64,000 nucleotides of DNA from positions 1,356 to 65,355 of the forward strand of contig JAYSVM010000183.1 in assembly GCA_043718495.1 (NCBI GenBank), read 5' to 3'. Below, piece after piece: positions 19,245-29,531 of this stretch (positions are counted from its first letter, which is position 1; every line of letters starts with the position of its first letter). The position numbers and the translations under genes are program-made. This DNA is from Oscillatoriales bacterium. GTDB taxonomy: Bacteria; Cyanobacteriota; Cyanobacteriia; Cyanobacteriales; Microcoleaceae. The notes beneath the pieces are model-generated. The model did no database searches and was not told where the DNA came from. It saw only the letters and a program-made list of their open reading frames with translations.

Positions 19245-19730
19245 ATGTCAATTCGTCGCATTTCTGCCCTAGCAATTTTAATGCTGACTCTCGGCAGCAC
19301 CGCCGCAGCAATAGCCGTTCCTAATCCCACAGAACCGCAAACAGTGGCACAAAATAAGCCACAAAATCGACGAGGTGATAAGGAAGGTGGGATGTTTGAG
19401 AAGCTGAATTTAAGTGCCGACCAAAAACAGAAAATGCAGGCAGTTCGCGATCGCTACAAAGACCAAATTTCGCAGCGAATGCAAGCAGTCCGTCAAGCCA
19501 GACAAGAATTACAAACGATGATGGCGGGCGCGACTAATACCAGCCAAGTGCGAGATAAACACCGTCAAATAATGGGATTGAGACAGCAGTTGGAAGAAGT
19601 ACAATTTGAAAGTATGCTCTCAATGAGAGAAGTCCTGACCCCGGAACAGCGTAGTCAATGGTCTCAACTGATCCAGCAGCGCCGAGAATCTGCTAAAAAC
19701 CGGATGCAAAACAGCCCAAAACCGCAGTAA
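19245..19730 (+). CDS. Periplasmic LTXXQ-motif (Spy/CpxP-like) protein
   Basis: Signal peptide (ALAILMLTLGSTAAAIA) plus two LxxxQ motifs (LNLSADQKQKM, LTPEQRSQW) in a helical, charged 161-aa protein. Confidence 0.6.
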   Translation: MSIRRISALAILMLTLGSTAAAIAVPNPTEPQTVAQNKPQNRRGDKEGGMFEKLNLSADQKQKMQAVRDRYKDQISQRMQAVRQARQELQTMMAGATNTSQVRDKHRQIMGLRQQLEEVQFESMLSMREVLTPEQRSQWSQLIQQRRESAKNRMQNSPKPQ

Positions 19731-19748
19731 CAGTTTCATTTTGATCGC

Positions 19749-19810
19749 AACAGGCAAGATGCCTGTTCCACAAAGACTGAATTTCTCGTGGAACAGGCAT
19801 CTTGCCTGTT
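19749..19810 (+). terminator. Long hairpin made of two inverted GGCAAGATGCC-family repeats, a likely operon terminator
   Basis: AACAGGCAAGATGCCTGTTCCAC (19749-19771) pairs with GTGGAACAGGCATCTTGCCTGTT (19788-19810). It lies 19 nt after the stop of the LTXXQ gene. Confidence 0.55.
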
Positions 19811-19891
19811 CATAAAAGGCTTATTGACAATGGTATAATATCTCAGTATCAAGTATAATACTGAGATATTAAACATCAGAAAACTGGCTGA

Positions 19892-20581
19892 ATGAATCTA
19901 AAAAACAATTCAACTTACATTTATCTACATGGATTTGCTTCCAGTCCAGATTCCCTTAAGGCTAAATATTTCTGCGATCGCTTTTGTTCCCTAGAAATCG
20001 ATCTGAAAACCCCCGATCTCAATCAAAACAATTTTTCCCGCCTCACCCTCACCAGGCAATTGCACCAAATAGAAACAGAATTTTTGCAGCCGCAAACTCT
20101 TGATCGTCAGGCAGAAAATGTCGAAAATCCTGCTGAAGTGACAATCATTGGTTCGAGTTTTGGGGGGCTGACAGCGGCTTGGTTGGCCCAGCGACAAATA
20201 TCAGTAAAACAAGTCATTTTGTTAGCACCGGCTTTTGACTTTCTTTCTCACTGGCTGCCGATGTTGGGAGAGCAACAGTTACAAAAGTGGCAGTCTGAGG
20301 AGTATTTACCAGTTTATCACTATGGCGAAGAGCGAGAGATACCGCTGAATTATCAGTTTGTGGCTGATATGGCTCAATATCATGACGAAAAATTAATACG
20401 GTCAGTGCCTACGTTAATTATGCACGGCTTGCATGATACAATAATACCTATTCAAGCTAGCAGAAATTTTGCCACTAACCGTCCCTGGGTGGAATTAATA
20501 GAACTAGAAGATGACCATTCTTTGGGAAATGTTCTAGCAGAAATTTGGGAAGCAATTCAAAAGTTTTGCCAATTCAACTAA
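19892..20581 (+). CDS. YqiA/UPF0227-like alpha/beta-fold esterase
   Basis: IYLHGFASSPDSLKAKYF, nucleophile elbow GSSFGG and C-terminal DDHSL. Confidence 0.65.
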   Translation: MNLKNNSTYIYLHGFASSPDSLKAKYFCDRFCSLEIDLKTPDLNQNNFSRLTLTRQLHQIETEFLQPQTLDRQAENVENPAEVTIIGSSFGGLTAAWLAQRQISVKQVILLAPAFDFLSHWLPMLGEQQLQKWQSEEYLPVYHYGEEREIPLNYQFVADMAQYHDEKLIRSVPTLIMHGLHDTIIPIQASRNFATNRPWVELIELEDDHSLGNVLAEIWEAIQKFCQFN

Positions 20582-20614
20582 AATTTGATTAAATTTCAAG
20601 TAGTTAATAGTCAA

Positions 20615-21322
20615 ATGATTGAACAAGATCGATCGACTCGCACCTTAGCCGTTGACATCGGCGGAAGTGGCATCAAAGTTATGGTTTTAGATGCTGAAGG
20701 CACACCCCAAACGGAACGCAGCCGTTTAGAAACACCTCAGCCACCAAAGCCTGAACCCGTACTGGAAGCCATCGCCTCCTTAGCTGGGGGACAAGGAGAA
20801 TTTGACAGAGTATCCGTGGGTTTCCCCGGCGTTGTTTGTCACGGCATCATTAAAACGGCAGTCAATTTAGATCCGTCTTGGATTGATTTTGACTTAGCAA
20901 CCACTCTAAAAGATCGCTTGGGAAAACCTGTAAGAGTGGCTAATGATGCGGATATTCAAGGATTGGGAGCAATTGCAGGTACTGGAGTTGAATTAGTTGT
21001 TACCCTTGGCACAGGTTTCGGTTCAGCCTTATTTGTTGATGGTATCTTAGTGCCTAATTTGGAACTCGGACATCACCCGTTTCGCAAAGGGGAAACTTAC
21101 GAACAGCAATTAGGGCGTTTGGCGTTAGATACCGTTGGTGCCAAAAGATGGAATCGCCGTCTGGAAAAGGCGATTATCTGTCTACAAAATCTGTTTAGTT
21201 TGGATTACTTATACATTGGTGGTGGTAATACTAAAAAAATTATTTTTGAAATTCCGCGCAAGGTAAAAATAGTGCCGAATGTCAGCGGTTTGTTGGGCGG
21301 AATTGCTTTGTGGCGCGATTAA
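20615..21322 (+). CDS. ROK-family (polyphosphate) glucokinase
   Basis: LAVDIGGSGIK, ANDADIQGLG, TLGTGFGSALF and LELGHHPF. The ATG at 20615 is preferred over the TTG at 20585. Confidence 0.75.
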   Translation: MIEQDRSTRTLAVDIGGSGIKVMVLDAEGTPQTERSRLETPQPPKPEPVLEAIASLAGGQGEFDRVSVGFPGVVCHGIIKTAVNLDPSWIDFDLATTLKDRLGKPVRVANDADIQGLGAIAGTGVELVVTLGTGFGSALFVDGILVPNLELGHHPFRKGETYEQQLGRLALDTVGAKRWNRRLEKAIICLQNLFSLDYLYIGGGNTKKIIFEIPRKVKIVPNVSGLLGGIALWRD

Positions 21323-21323
21323 C

Positions 21324-21370
21324 TTAGTTATTAGTTATTAGTCATCAGTCATTAGTCATTAGTCATTAGT
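21324..21370. repeat. STRR-like heptamer array (TTAGTTA/TTAGTCA)
   Basis: TTAGTTATTAGTTATTAGTCATCAGTCATTAGTCATTAGTCATTAGT begins 2 nt after the stop codon. Confidence 0.85.
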
Positions 21371-21380
21371 AAATCATACC

Positions 21381-22562
21381 ATGCTTTCTTTCATCCGAAA
21401 AGACTTAGCCGAACTTACTGCATACACTCCTCATCCGGGAGTCGCGTCAGCAGAATCTGCACAGTCATCTATGGTACTCGATCGCCTAGATACGAACGAA
21501 TGCCCCTACGACTTACCAGCAGAATTAAAACAAAAGTTAGCTTGGAATTACCAGCAGCTAATTGAAACAAACCGCTATCCTGACGGTGGCCATGCTGAAC
21601 TCAAACAGGCGATCGCCCAATACGTCAACGAATCGATTCATGTACCTCCCCTTAACAAGGGGGGGCTAGGGGGGCTTCAACCTCCAATGACAGCCATTAC
21701 AGCCGACAATATTTCTGTCGGTAACGGTTCTGACGAATTAATTCGATCGCTCTTAATTGCGACTTGCTTAGGCGGAGTTGGCTCGATTTTCGTTGCCAAT
21801 CCCACCTTTTCGATGTATGGAATCATCGCCCAAACCCTGGGAATTCCCGTTGTCAGTGCTCCGCGAAAACCAGAGACTTTTGAAATTGATATTGAAATAG
21901 CCAAAGTTGCGATTGCCCAAACGGAAAATCCCCCCGTGCGCGTCGTCTTTGTAGTTCATCCCAATTCCCCCACCGCCAATGCTTTGACAACCGATGAAAT
22001 AGAATGGTTGTCAAATTTGCCCGAAGATATTTTAGTGGTGATTGACGAAGCCTATTTTGAATTCAGCCAAAATACCTTAGCTGGAAAATTAGACCAACAT
22101 CCAAATTGGATAATTTTGCGAACGTTTTCCAAAGCATTTCGATTAGCATCAATGAGAGTAGGATATGCGATCGCCCATCCCTCACTCACCGCCGCCCTAG
22201 AAAAAATCCGTCTCCCCTACAACCTCCCCGCTTTCTCCCAATTAGCCGCCGAATTTGCCCTAGCCCAGCGACAATTATTGCTAGCAGTAATCCCTGAAAC
22301 CATATCGGAACGAGTCAAGTTAATTGCAGCGCTAACTCAGCATCAAAAATTGCAAGTTTGGCCTAGTGCGGCTAACTTTGTCTACTTGCGAGTGAAAGCC
22401 GATGATCCTAATTCAGCAGAAACTGAACACAAACAAATTATGCAGCAGCTAAAAACCAAAGGAACGTTAATTCGGCAGACTGGGGGAGGTTTGCGAATTA
22501 CGGTTGGTAGCCCGGAGGAAAATCAGCGAACTTGCGATCGCATTTCCGAGATTTTGACTTGA
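21381..22562 (+). CDS. hisC: Histidinol-phosphate aminotransferase
   Basis: [34 protein letters not shown] and [16 protein letters not shown] (PLP lysine). Confidence 0.9.
   Translation: MLSFIRKDLAELTAYTPHPGVASAESAQSSMVLDRLDTNECPYDLPAELKQKLAWNYQQLIETNRYPDGGHAELKQAIAQYVNESIHVPPLNKGGLGGLQPPMTAITADNISVGNGSDELIRSLLIATCLGGVGSIFVANPTFSMYGIIAQTLGIPVVSAPRKPETFEIDIEIAKVAIAQTENPPVRVVFVVHPNSPTANALTTDEIEWLSNLPEDILVVIDEAYFEFSQNTLAGKLDQHPNWIILRTFSKAFRLASMRVGYAIAHPSLTAALEKIRLPYNLPAFSQLAAEFALAQRQLLLAVIPETISERVKLIAALTQHQKLQVWPSAANFVYLRVKADDPNSAETEHKQIMQQLKTKGTLIRQTGGGLRITVGSPEENQRTCDRISEILT
21645..21686 (+). repeat. G/C-run palindromic mini-element inside hisC (encodes [14 protein letters not shown])
   Basis: CCTCCCCTTAACAAGGGGGGGCTAGGGGGGCTTCAACCTCC. 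Related poly-C/poly-G elements lie at 33934-33965 and 44635-44707. Confidence 0.7.
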
Positions 22563-22582
22563 CAAAAACCATGTTTTGATGT

Positions 22583-22866
22583 TGTAGGTTGGGTAGAGCG
22601 ATAGCGAAACCCAACAACCAATTAATGAAGAATGTTGGGTTTCGTTCCTCTACCCAACTTACACTATGAACTAAGCTGATATTCTGTAGGTTGGGTAGAG
22701 CGATAGCGAAACCCAACACCCAATTAATGAAGAATGTTGGGTTTCGTTCCTCTACCCAACCTACACTATGAACTAAGCTGATATTCTGTAGCTTGGGTAG
22801 AGCGATAGCGAAACCCAACACCCAATTAATGAAGAATGTTGGGTTTCGTTCCTCTACCCAACCTAC
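22583..22866. repeat. REPIN array, 3 units of 102-nt period (GTAGGTTGGGTAGAGCGATAGCGAAACCCAACA ... TGTTGGGTTTCGTTCCTCTACCCAACCTAC)
   Basis: TGTAGG unit starts at 22583, 22685 and 22787. Each unit is an imperfect long hairpin. Confidence 0.9.
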
Positions 22867-22890
22867 GCGATAAAATTGAGTGCTTAGCCC

Positions 22891-23433
22891 ATGCAATATC
22901 GTCGTCTAAAAACTCCCGGAGCTACCTACTTTTTTACTATTGTTACCTATCAGCGCCAACGCTTATTGTCTGACCCTGAAATGGTAGAATTGCTTCGCGT
23001 TGCATTTCGCAATGTTATAGCTAGATTCCCCTTTACAATTGATGCTATTGTTGTTTTGCCCGACCATCTGCATTGTATTTGGACACTACCGGATCAAGAT
23101 GCTGATTTTTCAACTCGGTGGCGATTAATCAAGAATTATTTTAGTCGCAATTGTCCTGAGAAATATAAACAAAATCGTTCAGTATCTCGTTTGAAGAAAG
23201 GTGAGCAAGCTATCTGGCAGAGGCGGTTTTGGGAGCATCAAATTAGAGATGAAGTTGATTTTGCCAATCATGTCGATTACATTCATTATAATCCGGTAAA
23301 GCATGGATTAGTTGCCACACCGCAAGATTGGGAATATTCCAGTTTTCATCGCTATGTGCAGGATGGTTCTTATTCAAGGGACTGGGGCGCGAATGTTCTG
23401 ATTGAATGGGACAATGAGGTTGGCCAGGAATAA
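22891..23433 (+). mobile_element. REP-associated tyrosine transposase (RAYT, IS200/Y1-like HUH enzyme)
   Basis: 180 aa with the HUH motif LPDHLHCIW and the Tyr motif YIHYNPVKHGLV. Flanked on both sides by the REPIN arrays. Confidence 0.85.
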
Positions 23434-23459
23434 TGAATATTAATTTTGCACAAATCTTC

Positions 23460-23641
23460 TGTAGGTTGGGTAGAGCGATAGCGAAACCCAACAACCAATT
23501 AATGAATTATGTTGGGTTTCGTTCCTCTACCCAACCTACATTATGAACTAAGCTGATATTCTGTAGGTTGGGTAGAGCGATAGCGAAACCCAACACTCAA
23601 TTAATGAGTTATGTTGGGTTTCGTTCCTCTACCCAACCTAC
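23460..23641. repeat. REPIN array, 2 units of 102-nt period
   Basis: Unit starts at 23460 and 23562. Same sequence family as 22583-22866. Confidence 0.9.
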
Positions 23642-23665
23642 TACTAAAGTAATGTAGTAACATTT

Positions 23666-24103
23666 TTAGCGATCGAGCTGTCGTGCCGATCGAATAGTCT
23701 GAGGAAATACGCCGATTAAAAGTGCCAAAGCTCGATCGGGAATTTGTGCCACCGTTTCCGAATCAAAATATTGTTCAAACTGAGTTAACAGCATTTGTGC
23801 CCGTTCCAAAGCTTCCGACTTAGCCGTTAACTGTTCCATCAACCGCACCCAATGTCGCCGAATTCCAAAAGCTTTCTGTCTTTCTTGGGGAGATTGAGGA
23901 TCAACCAAGCAAAAGTCACCCACCAGAATTACCTCCTGAGAATCAACATCAAAAACACCCCCCACGGCTGCCCCAGGCCCAGCAAACTCCGCATGGAAAT
24001 GTTTAATCAAAATTAGACCATTGCGGCGACGGCTATCTACCAGCAACAGTTCGCCACTGTTGAGTTTTGCGAGAATTTCAGAGGAGTGGAGGTTGTCAAT
24101 CAA
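23666..24103 (-). CDS. Hypothetical 145-aa protein
   Basis: ORF of ordinary composition. No motif recognised. Confidence 0.5.
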   Translation of the reverse strand: MIDNLHSSEILAKLNSGELLLVDSRRRNGLILIKHFHAEFAGPGAAVGGVFDVDSQEVILVGDFCLVDPQSPQERQKAFGIRRHWVRLMEQLTAKSEALERAQMLLTQFEQYFDSETVAQIPDRALALLIGVFPQTIRSARQLDR

Positions 24104-24350
24104 ATCTGTCAGCCTCCGATGCTATTGTGGCAAATTGGACTGTTCGCGGGGTACTATAGGTTCCCTGGAAAGCCCAGATTTTTTTTTAACTGCTATTATA
24201 CCTACAAGCTGGATAAAAACGGCTTAATTTATCAACATATCCACACTGGGAATATCAAAACCGGAGAGATTTTAAAGCAATTTTTCCGCAAAGCAGAAAC
24301 AATGAATAACTAACAATTAATATAAATTTATTGTTTTAGTGTCACCGATA

Positions 24351-24450
24351 GGCACTGCCGTGTCCAAATTTCTTCTTATGATACGGAAGAAACGGCAGTG
24401 CCGTGTCCATACCCACAGGAATATTGTAGGGAAACGGCACTGCCGTGTCC
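24351..24450. repeat. Cluster of three GGCACTGCCGTGTCC palindromic elements
   Basis: GGCACTGCCGTGTCC, ACGGCAGTGCCGTGTCC and ACGGCACTGCCGTGTCC lie just 3' of the amylase gene. Family copies at 29474-29531, 42845-42907 and 58372-58436. Confidence 0.8.
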
Positions 24451-24457
24451 AAATTTC

Positions 24458-25924
24458 TTAATTAGCTGAACCTAGAATTAAACCAGATCGCGCCGGCAGC
24501 ATCAATTCTAAATGCCGAGTTTCCCCTTCACCCTTCCAAACAAAATCGCCTTTCCCAAACAGCAATTTCTCGTGAGGAGATTTCAACTTAGCAGCCTCAA
24601 AGCTAATATGAGCTTCTTCAGTCCCAACATTCACAGCAACAACTATTTCCTCATCTCCCAAAATCCTCGCAAAAACATAAACCGTTCCCTCAGCAAACAA
24701 AATTTCATACCCTCCAGTGCGAAGGGCACAGTATTTTTGTCGCAAACCAATCAACTGCTTGTGGTAATCAAAAACATCAATTTCCCAGTGAGCTTCTAAG
24801 GGAAACCCGCGACGCGAATCAGGATCGAGAGCACCAGGCAAACCAACTTCATCGCCGTAGTAAATGCTGGGAGCTCCAGGATAAGTTAACAGCAGCAAAG
24901 TAGCAAGTTCAACACTCTTTTTGTCCCCACCAGCAATTGATAGCAACCTCGCAGTATCGTGACTAGCTAGCAAGTTGAGTTGAGTTAGCTGTATCGGCCA
25001 AGGATATAATTTCAAAAGCTCCTGAATTTTTTCGCCATACTCCTTAGCAAAAAGTGGCGGATATGGATAGTAAGAACGGCCTTCCAGTTGGGTTATATCT
25101 ACTCTATCGCCCGCAGCAAAAGCAATGGTCGGCCCAGCAAAAAGATAATTCATCACCCCGTCAAATTGAGTACCGTCGAGCCATTCCCTCGCATCTTCCC
25201 AGACTTCACCGACAATGTAAGCTTCGGGATTAATCGCTTTAACTCGTTCTCGAAATTCCTGCCAAAATCCCGGAGCTTTAATTTCAAAAGGAACATCTAG
25301 CCGCCAGCCGTCGATGCCGAATTTAATCCAGTATTCGGCTACTTCCATAATGTATTCTCGCACTTCTGGATTTTCGTGATTGAATTCAGGAAGTGCTCGA
25401 TTACCGTCCCAACCGGCATAATTAGCGGGAAAATTGCCATCGTAGGCAGATAGCGGCCAGCCTTCTATTTTAAACCAATCCAACCAGGGAGAATTTGGGC
25501 CGTTTTCGAGGATGTCGTGGAAGAAGAAAAAGCCACGGCTGGCGTGGTTAAATACGCCGTCGAGGACGATTTTGATGTTGCGATCGTGGGCGGCATCTAG
25601 AAGCTCTTTAAAAGCCAGATTGCCGCCCAACATGGGATCGACTTGATAGTAGTCGTGGGTGTGGTAGCGGTGATTGCAGGCAGATTGAAAAATCGGGGTG
25701 AAATAAATAGCGTTAATGCCTAACTCCTGCAAGTAGTCTAGCTGTTCCATCACGCCCCACAAGTCGCCCCCTTTGTAGCCTTGGAGGGTGGGGATTTCGT
25801 GCCACTCTTCCCACATGAAGTTTTGCAGCAGGCGTTTGCGGGGCTGTTGGCTTTTGGCGAAGCGATCGGGAAATATTTGGTAGAATACCGCGTGTTTAAC
25901 CCAGTCCGGCGTTTGAATCTGCAT
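24458..25924 (-). CDS. GH13 alpha-amylase-family glycoside hydrolase
   Basis: FYQIFPDRFA, VLDGVFNHAS, GWRLDVPFEI, IVGEVWED and LLASHDTAR (the four conserved GH13 regions). Confidence 0.9.
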   Translation of the reverse strand: MQIQTPDWVKHAVFYQIFPDRFAKSQQPRKRLLQNFMWEEWHEIPTLQGYKGGDLWGVMEQLDYLQELGINAIYFTPIFQSACNHRYHTHDYYQVDPMLGGNLAFKELLDAAHDRNIKIVLDGVFNHASRGFFFFHDILENGPNSPWLDWFKIEGWPLSAYDGNFPANYAGWDGNRALPEFNHENPEVREYIMEVAEYWIKFGIDGWRLDVPFEIKAPGFWQEFRERVKAINPEAYIVGEVWEDAREWLDGTQFDGVMNYLFAGPTIAFAAGDRVDITQLEGRSYYPYPPLFAKEYGEKIQELLKLYPWPIQLTQLNLLASHDTARLLSIAGGDKKSVELATLLLLTYPGAPSIYYGDEVGLPGALDPDSRRGFPLEAHWEIDVFDYHKQLIGLRQKYCALRTGGYEILFAEGTVYVFARILGDEEIVVAVNVGTEEAHISFEAAKLKSPHEKLLFGKGDFVWKGEGETRHLELMLPARSGLILGSAN

Positions 25925-26048
25925 ACAATTCTCCTAGCTTCTCATGGCTTAGGCTACTGTAGCAGAGGTTGCTGGGGTATCTAACTTTTGGTAGAAAATA
26001 GAAGATTTTTTTCAAATATCCTCAATTTGTTGATAAGTATTTAAACTC

Positions 26049-26088
26049 AAAAATCCTAAATCTAAAATCTAAAATCCAAAATCCAAAG
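26049..26088. repeat. Heptamer array AAAATC(T/C)
   Basis: AAAATCCTAAATCTAAAATCTAAAATCCAAAATCCAAAG in the amylase/glgC divergent intergenic region. Confidence 0.75.
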
Positions 26089-26163
26089 TTTCCCCCTTGT
26101 CAAGAAGTCCTCACCGTCAGACACTGGACTTGGAGAGTTCATCGGCCCCCAGGAGGAAATTCC

Positions 26164-27453
26164 TTGAAAAGAGTATTAGCCATCATTCTCGGTGGCGGTG
26201 TAGGCACTCGCCTTTACCCCCTAACCAAACTGCGAGCCAAGCCCGCAGTTCCCCTTGCAGGCAAATATCGCCTCATCGATATTCCAGTCAGCAATTGTAT
26301 CAACTCAGAAATACTCAAAATCTATGTCCTGACTCAGTTCAACTCGGCATCCCTGAACCGGCACATCGCTCGTACCTACCAATTTTCTGGTTTCACAGAC
26401 GGATTTGCTGAGGTACTGGCAGCCCAGCAAACTCAGGAAAACCCTGACTGGTTTCAAGGGACAGCCGATGCAGTTCGACAGTACCTTTGGCTGCTAGAAG
26501 AGTGGGATGTTGATGAATACTTGATTCTTTCAGGTGATCATCTCTACCGCATGGACTACCGCAAGTTTGTGGAGAGACACCGCGAAACTAATGCTGACAT
26601 CACTCTCTCTGTTTTACCAATGGATGAGAAGCGGGCATCAGACTTTGGTTTGATGAAAATTGATGACAATGGTCGGGTTGTTTCTTTTAGCGAAAAGCCA
26701 AAAGGCGATGCGCTGAAAGAAATGCAGGTAGATACTACCAAACTGGGACTGACATCGGAACAAGCCAAGGAAAGTCCTTACATTGCTTCGATGGGGATTT
26801 ATGTTTTCAAGAAAGAGGTTTTGATTAAACTTCTTAAGGAATCCTTAGATCAAACTGATTTTGGCAAAGAGATTATTCCGGCATCTGCAAAAGACCATAA
26901 TGTTCAAGCTTATTTGTTTGATGATTATTGGGAAGATATCGGAACGATTGAAGCTTTTTATGATGCTAATTTGGCGCTAACAAAACAGCCTCAGCCACCT
27001 TTCAGTTTCTACGATGAAAATGCTCCAATTTACACTCGCCCGCGTTTCTTGCCACCGACGAAGCTATTAGATGCTACGGTGACTGAGTCAATTATTGCTG
27101 AAGGCTGCATTCTGAAACAGTGCCGGATCGACCATTCTGTGTTGGGAGTTCGATCGCGCATTGAAACTGGATGTATAATTCAAGACACTCTCGTCATGGG
27201 TGCTGACTTCTACGATGCCGATGCCGAACGTCATTCGGCATTGGAAAACAGCCGAATCCCCCTCGGTATCGGTGCAAATACTACAATTCGCCGCGCGATT
27301 GTGGATAAAAATGCACGGATCGGCTGTAATGTTCAAATCATTAATAAAGACCGGGTAGAGGAAGCCAATCGTGAAAGCGATGGTTTTTATATTCGCAGCG
27401 GCATTGTCGTAGTGCTCAAAAATGCCACAATTCCTAATGGAACTATCATTTAG
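26164..27453 (+). CDS. glgC: Glucose-1-phosphate adenylyltransferase
   Basis: [52 protein letters not shown] and [11 protein letters not shown] start. Confidence 0.95.
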   Translation: MKRVLAIILGGGVGTRLYPLTKLRAKPAVPLAGKYRLIDIPVSNCINSEILKIYVLTQFNSASLNRHIARTYQFSGFTDGFAEVLAAQQTQENPDWFQGTADAVRQYLWLLEEWDVDEYLILSGDHLYRMDYRKFVERHRETNADITLSVLPMDEKRASDFGLMKIDDNGRVVSFSEKPKGDALKEMQVDTTKLGLTSEQAKESPYIASMGIYVFKKEVLIKLLKESLDQTDFGKEIIPASAKDHNVQAYLFDDYWEDIGTIEAFYDANLALTKQPQPPFSFYDENAPIYTRPRFLPPTKLLDATVTESIIAEGCILKQCRIDHSVLGVRSRIETGCIIQDTLVMGADFYDADAERHSALENSRIPLGIGANTTIRRAIVDKNARIGCNVQIINKDRVEEANRESDGFYIRSGIVVVLKNATIPNGTII

Positions 27454-27743
27454 TTATTAGTCATCAATCATTAGTCATGATGCGTTATTCCTGAGTTTTC
27501 AATCGTTAATTGTTGGATTTTACGTCTGTTTCCTACCCGTTAGTAACTGACGATTAATGATTGTTAATTCATGAATCATGAACAGTGACTAATGATTAAT
27601 GATTGACTAATTCATTTAACTATCCACAATGGCTCAAAGTCTTAGAGAATAAGCTATTCAGCCAGAGAAAAATTGTTCGGACTATTGTCGGAGGTTCTGA
27701 AAATTTTGGCTAAAATACTTGCCAAATTCAAACAAATCGCCAA

Positions 27744-27950
27744 TTAATAAGGAGGATTTTCCATTGCGGTCTGAAGTGATGCAGACATCGTTGTTTTCTT
27801 GCGTCTGGCGGATAGCTTCTGATTCTTGATTTTGCGATCGTAGCAGGACTGACAAATTTGCTGCCCGCTTCTGAGTACAATACAACTCTCGGAGTTATCC
27901 TTCCAATCATCGCAGCAGCCACAAGGCCAGCCGAGCAAATAGTTCAGCAT
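27744..27950 (-). CDS. Possible small Cys-rich (CxCC...C...CxxC) protein
   Basis: 68-aa ORF MLNYLLGWPCGCCDDW...CIVLRSGQQICQSCYDRK. It competes with two overlapping ORFs in other frames and has a weak RBS. Confidence 0.3.
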   Translation of the reverse strand: MLNYLLGWPCGCCDDWKDNSESCIVLRSGQQICQSCYDRKIKNQKLSARRKKTTMSASLQTAMENPPY

Positions 27951-28439
27951 CTTAGCACCCTAGTAGTATTACTAATTCATTGAGTTACCATCCTATCTTA
28001 ATTTTTCGGAAACAGTGTGTTCTAAATAACAGACAACTCAAGAATGTGTAATGATTTATTAAATGAAATTTCTTGACCAGCGGTAAAAACTAATACTCTG
28101 ACCCCCTTGACAAGTACAACATATCATTGATATGAACATCTGCAACCCAATCGACACCCTCCCCTGGAGTAACCACTTTTTTTGCTTTGGGAATCTAATT
28201 TAGTTTAGTTTATGTTATTACAAGAAAGCCCAAGAAAGCACCAGCTTTCATGCCAAGAGTTTCCAAGTCTAAAATCTAAAATCTGAGGGGGGTGTGGGAA
28301 TTGCGATCGCCAAGCTTGTAACAACCGCACTCGATCGCGTCCAAACAGTTGATAACGTATAATATAGATCAGATGCTACGGATATTTCAAAAGTAAAAAC
28401 TAACAACTAAAAACTAACAACTAAAAAGGAGATTCGTAA

Positions 28440-29465
28440 ATGGCTGCAACAGATTTTAAAGATTATTACGCGATTCTGGGACTCAACAAAACTACCAGCG
28501 CTGATGAAATTAAAAAAACTTTTCGTAAACTAGCCCGGAAATATCATCCGGATATGAACCCAGGGAACAAGGAAGCCGAAGCTCGTTTTAAAGAAGTTAA
28601 CGAAGCCTACGAAGTTTTGTCAGACCCGGAAAAACGCAAAAAATACGACCAATATGGTCAATACTGGAAACAAGCTGCGACAACGACCGGCTGGCCTGGC
28701 GGGTATGGGGGTGCTGGACCTACAGACTTTGGTGGCGTTGACTTCAGCCAGTATGGCAGCTTTGATGAGTTTATTAATACCTTACTCGGCCGTGCGGGTG
28801 GCGCTGGTGGCCCTGGTGCTAGTGCAGGTCGTAATGGCAAGTGGAATCAGAGCAATTACCGCACTACGACAGGTGGACCGACGGGTTTTGGGGGATTTGA
28901 AGATTTCGCGGGGTATGAAAACCGTGCCACAGGAACATCTCTCAATACGGAAGTGGCGATTTCTCTAACTTTGGGGGAAGCATTTCGTGGCACTTCTAAG
29001 AGAGTCGCTACGGGGGAAGTTTCGATTCCTGCGGGAGTGAAAACTGGGAGCAAAATTCGGGTAAAAGGTAAAGGTCAAGTTGACCCGTATACCAAGCAGC
29101 AGGGAGATTTGTTCCTGAAAGTAGAGGTTTTGGCTCATCCTTTTTTCCAGTTTGATGGGGAAAATTTAATCTGTGAAGTGCCGATAACTCCCGACGAAGC
29201 GGTTTTGGGAGCGTCTATTGAGGTGCCGGTGCCAGAAGGTATGATAACTGTAAAATTTCCTGCTGGAATGCGATCGGGCCAGTCTTTGCGGTTGCGGGGT
29301 AAGGGATGGCCGAAACCGAAGAAGGATGAACGGACTGATCTTTTGGTGAAAATCGCGATCGTACCGCCAAAAGAAATCACCACTCTGGAACGCGAATGTT
29401 ATGAAAAAATCCAGGAAAATCGTACTTTTAATCCCCGTAGTAATTTAAACCAAGGGCTGCTGTGA
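28440..29465 (+). CDS. DnaJ-family co-chaperone without zinc finger (CbpA-like)
   Basis: J domain DYYAILGL...[46 protein letters not shown], a Gly-rich linker and a DnaJ C-terminal beta domain. No CxxCxGxG repeats. Confidence 0.85.
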   Translation: MAATDFKDYYAILGLNKTTSADEIKKTFRKLARKYHPDMNPGNKEAEARFKEVNEAYEVLSDPEKRKKYDQYGQYWKQAATTTGWPGGYGGAGPTDFGGVDFSQYGSFDEFINTLLGRAGGAGGPGASAGRNGKWNQSNYRTTTGGPTGFGGFEDFAGYENRATGTSLNTEVAISLTLGEAFRGTSKRVATGEVSIPAGVKTGSKIRVKGKGQVDPYTKQQGDLFLKVEVLAHPFFQFDGENLICEVPITPDEAVLGASIEVPVPEGMITVKFPAGMRSGQSLRLRGKGWPKPKKDERTDLLVKIAIVPPKEITTLERECYEKIQENRTFNPRSNLNQGLL

Positions 29466-29473
29466 CTGAAATT

Positions 29474-29531
29474 AGGACACGACAGTGTCGTGTCCCTACA
29501 ATATTATTTTGGGTAGGGACACGGCATTGCC
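29474..29531. repeat. Inverted pair of GGGACACGGCA..TGCCGTGTCCCTAC-family elements
   Basis: AGGACACGACAGTGTCGTGTCCCTAC ... GTAGGGACACGGCATTGCC, directly after the dnaJ-like stop. Confidence 0.8.

Noticed and set aside
22583-23641. Regular 102-nt periodic repeats that could be mistaken for a CRISPR array
   Set aside because: Each unit is a self-complementary hairpin doublet. The inter-unit spacers are identical rather than unique, and the arrays flank a RAYT gene. These are REPINs, not CRISPR repeats. No cas genes are present.
24086-24313. 75-aa ORF whose C-terminal part (FPGKPRFFFNCYYTYKLDKNGLIYQHIH) faintly resembles DUF2358-type proteins
   Set aside because: Only about half a domain is present. 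The in-frame upstream sequence hits a stop at 24014 and overlaps the 145-aa minus-strand gene. The resemblance is from memory and weak. At best it is a gene remnant.
26097-26411. 104-aa ORF overlapping the start of glgC in another frame
   Set aside because: The glgC frame carries the canonical GGGxGxRL motif, whereas the alternative frame is an Arg/Ser/Pro-rich shadow ORF.
27682-27922. Two further overlapping minus-strand ORFs (67 and 64 aa) in the glgC/dnaJ-like intergenic region
   Set aside because: They are mutually exclusive with the Cys-rich 68-aa frame, have no motifs and have poor start contexts. Only the Cys-rich frame is kept, at low confidence.
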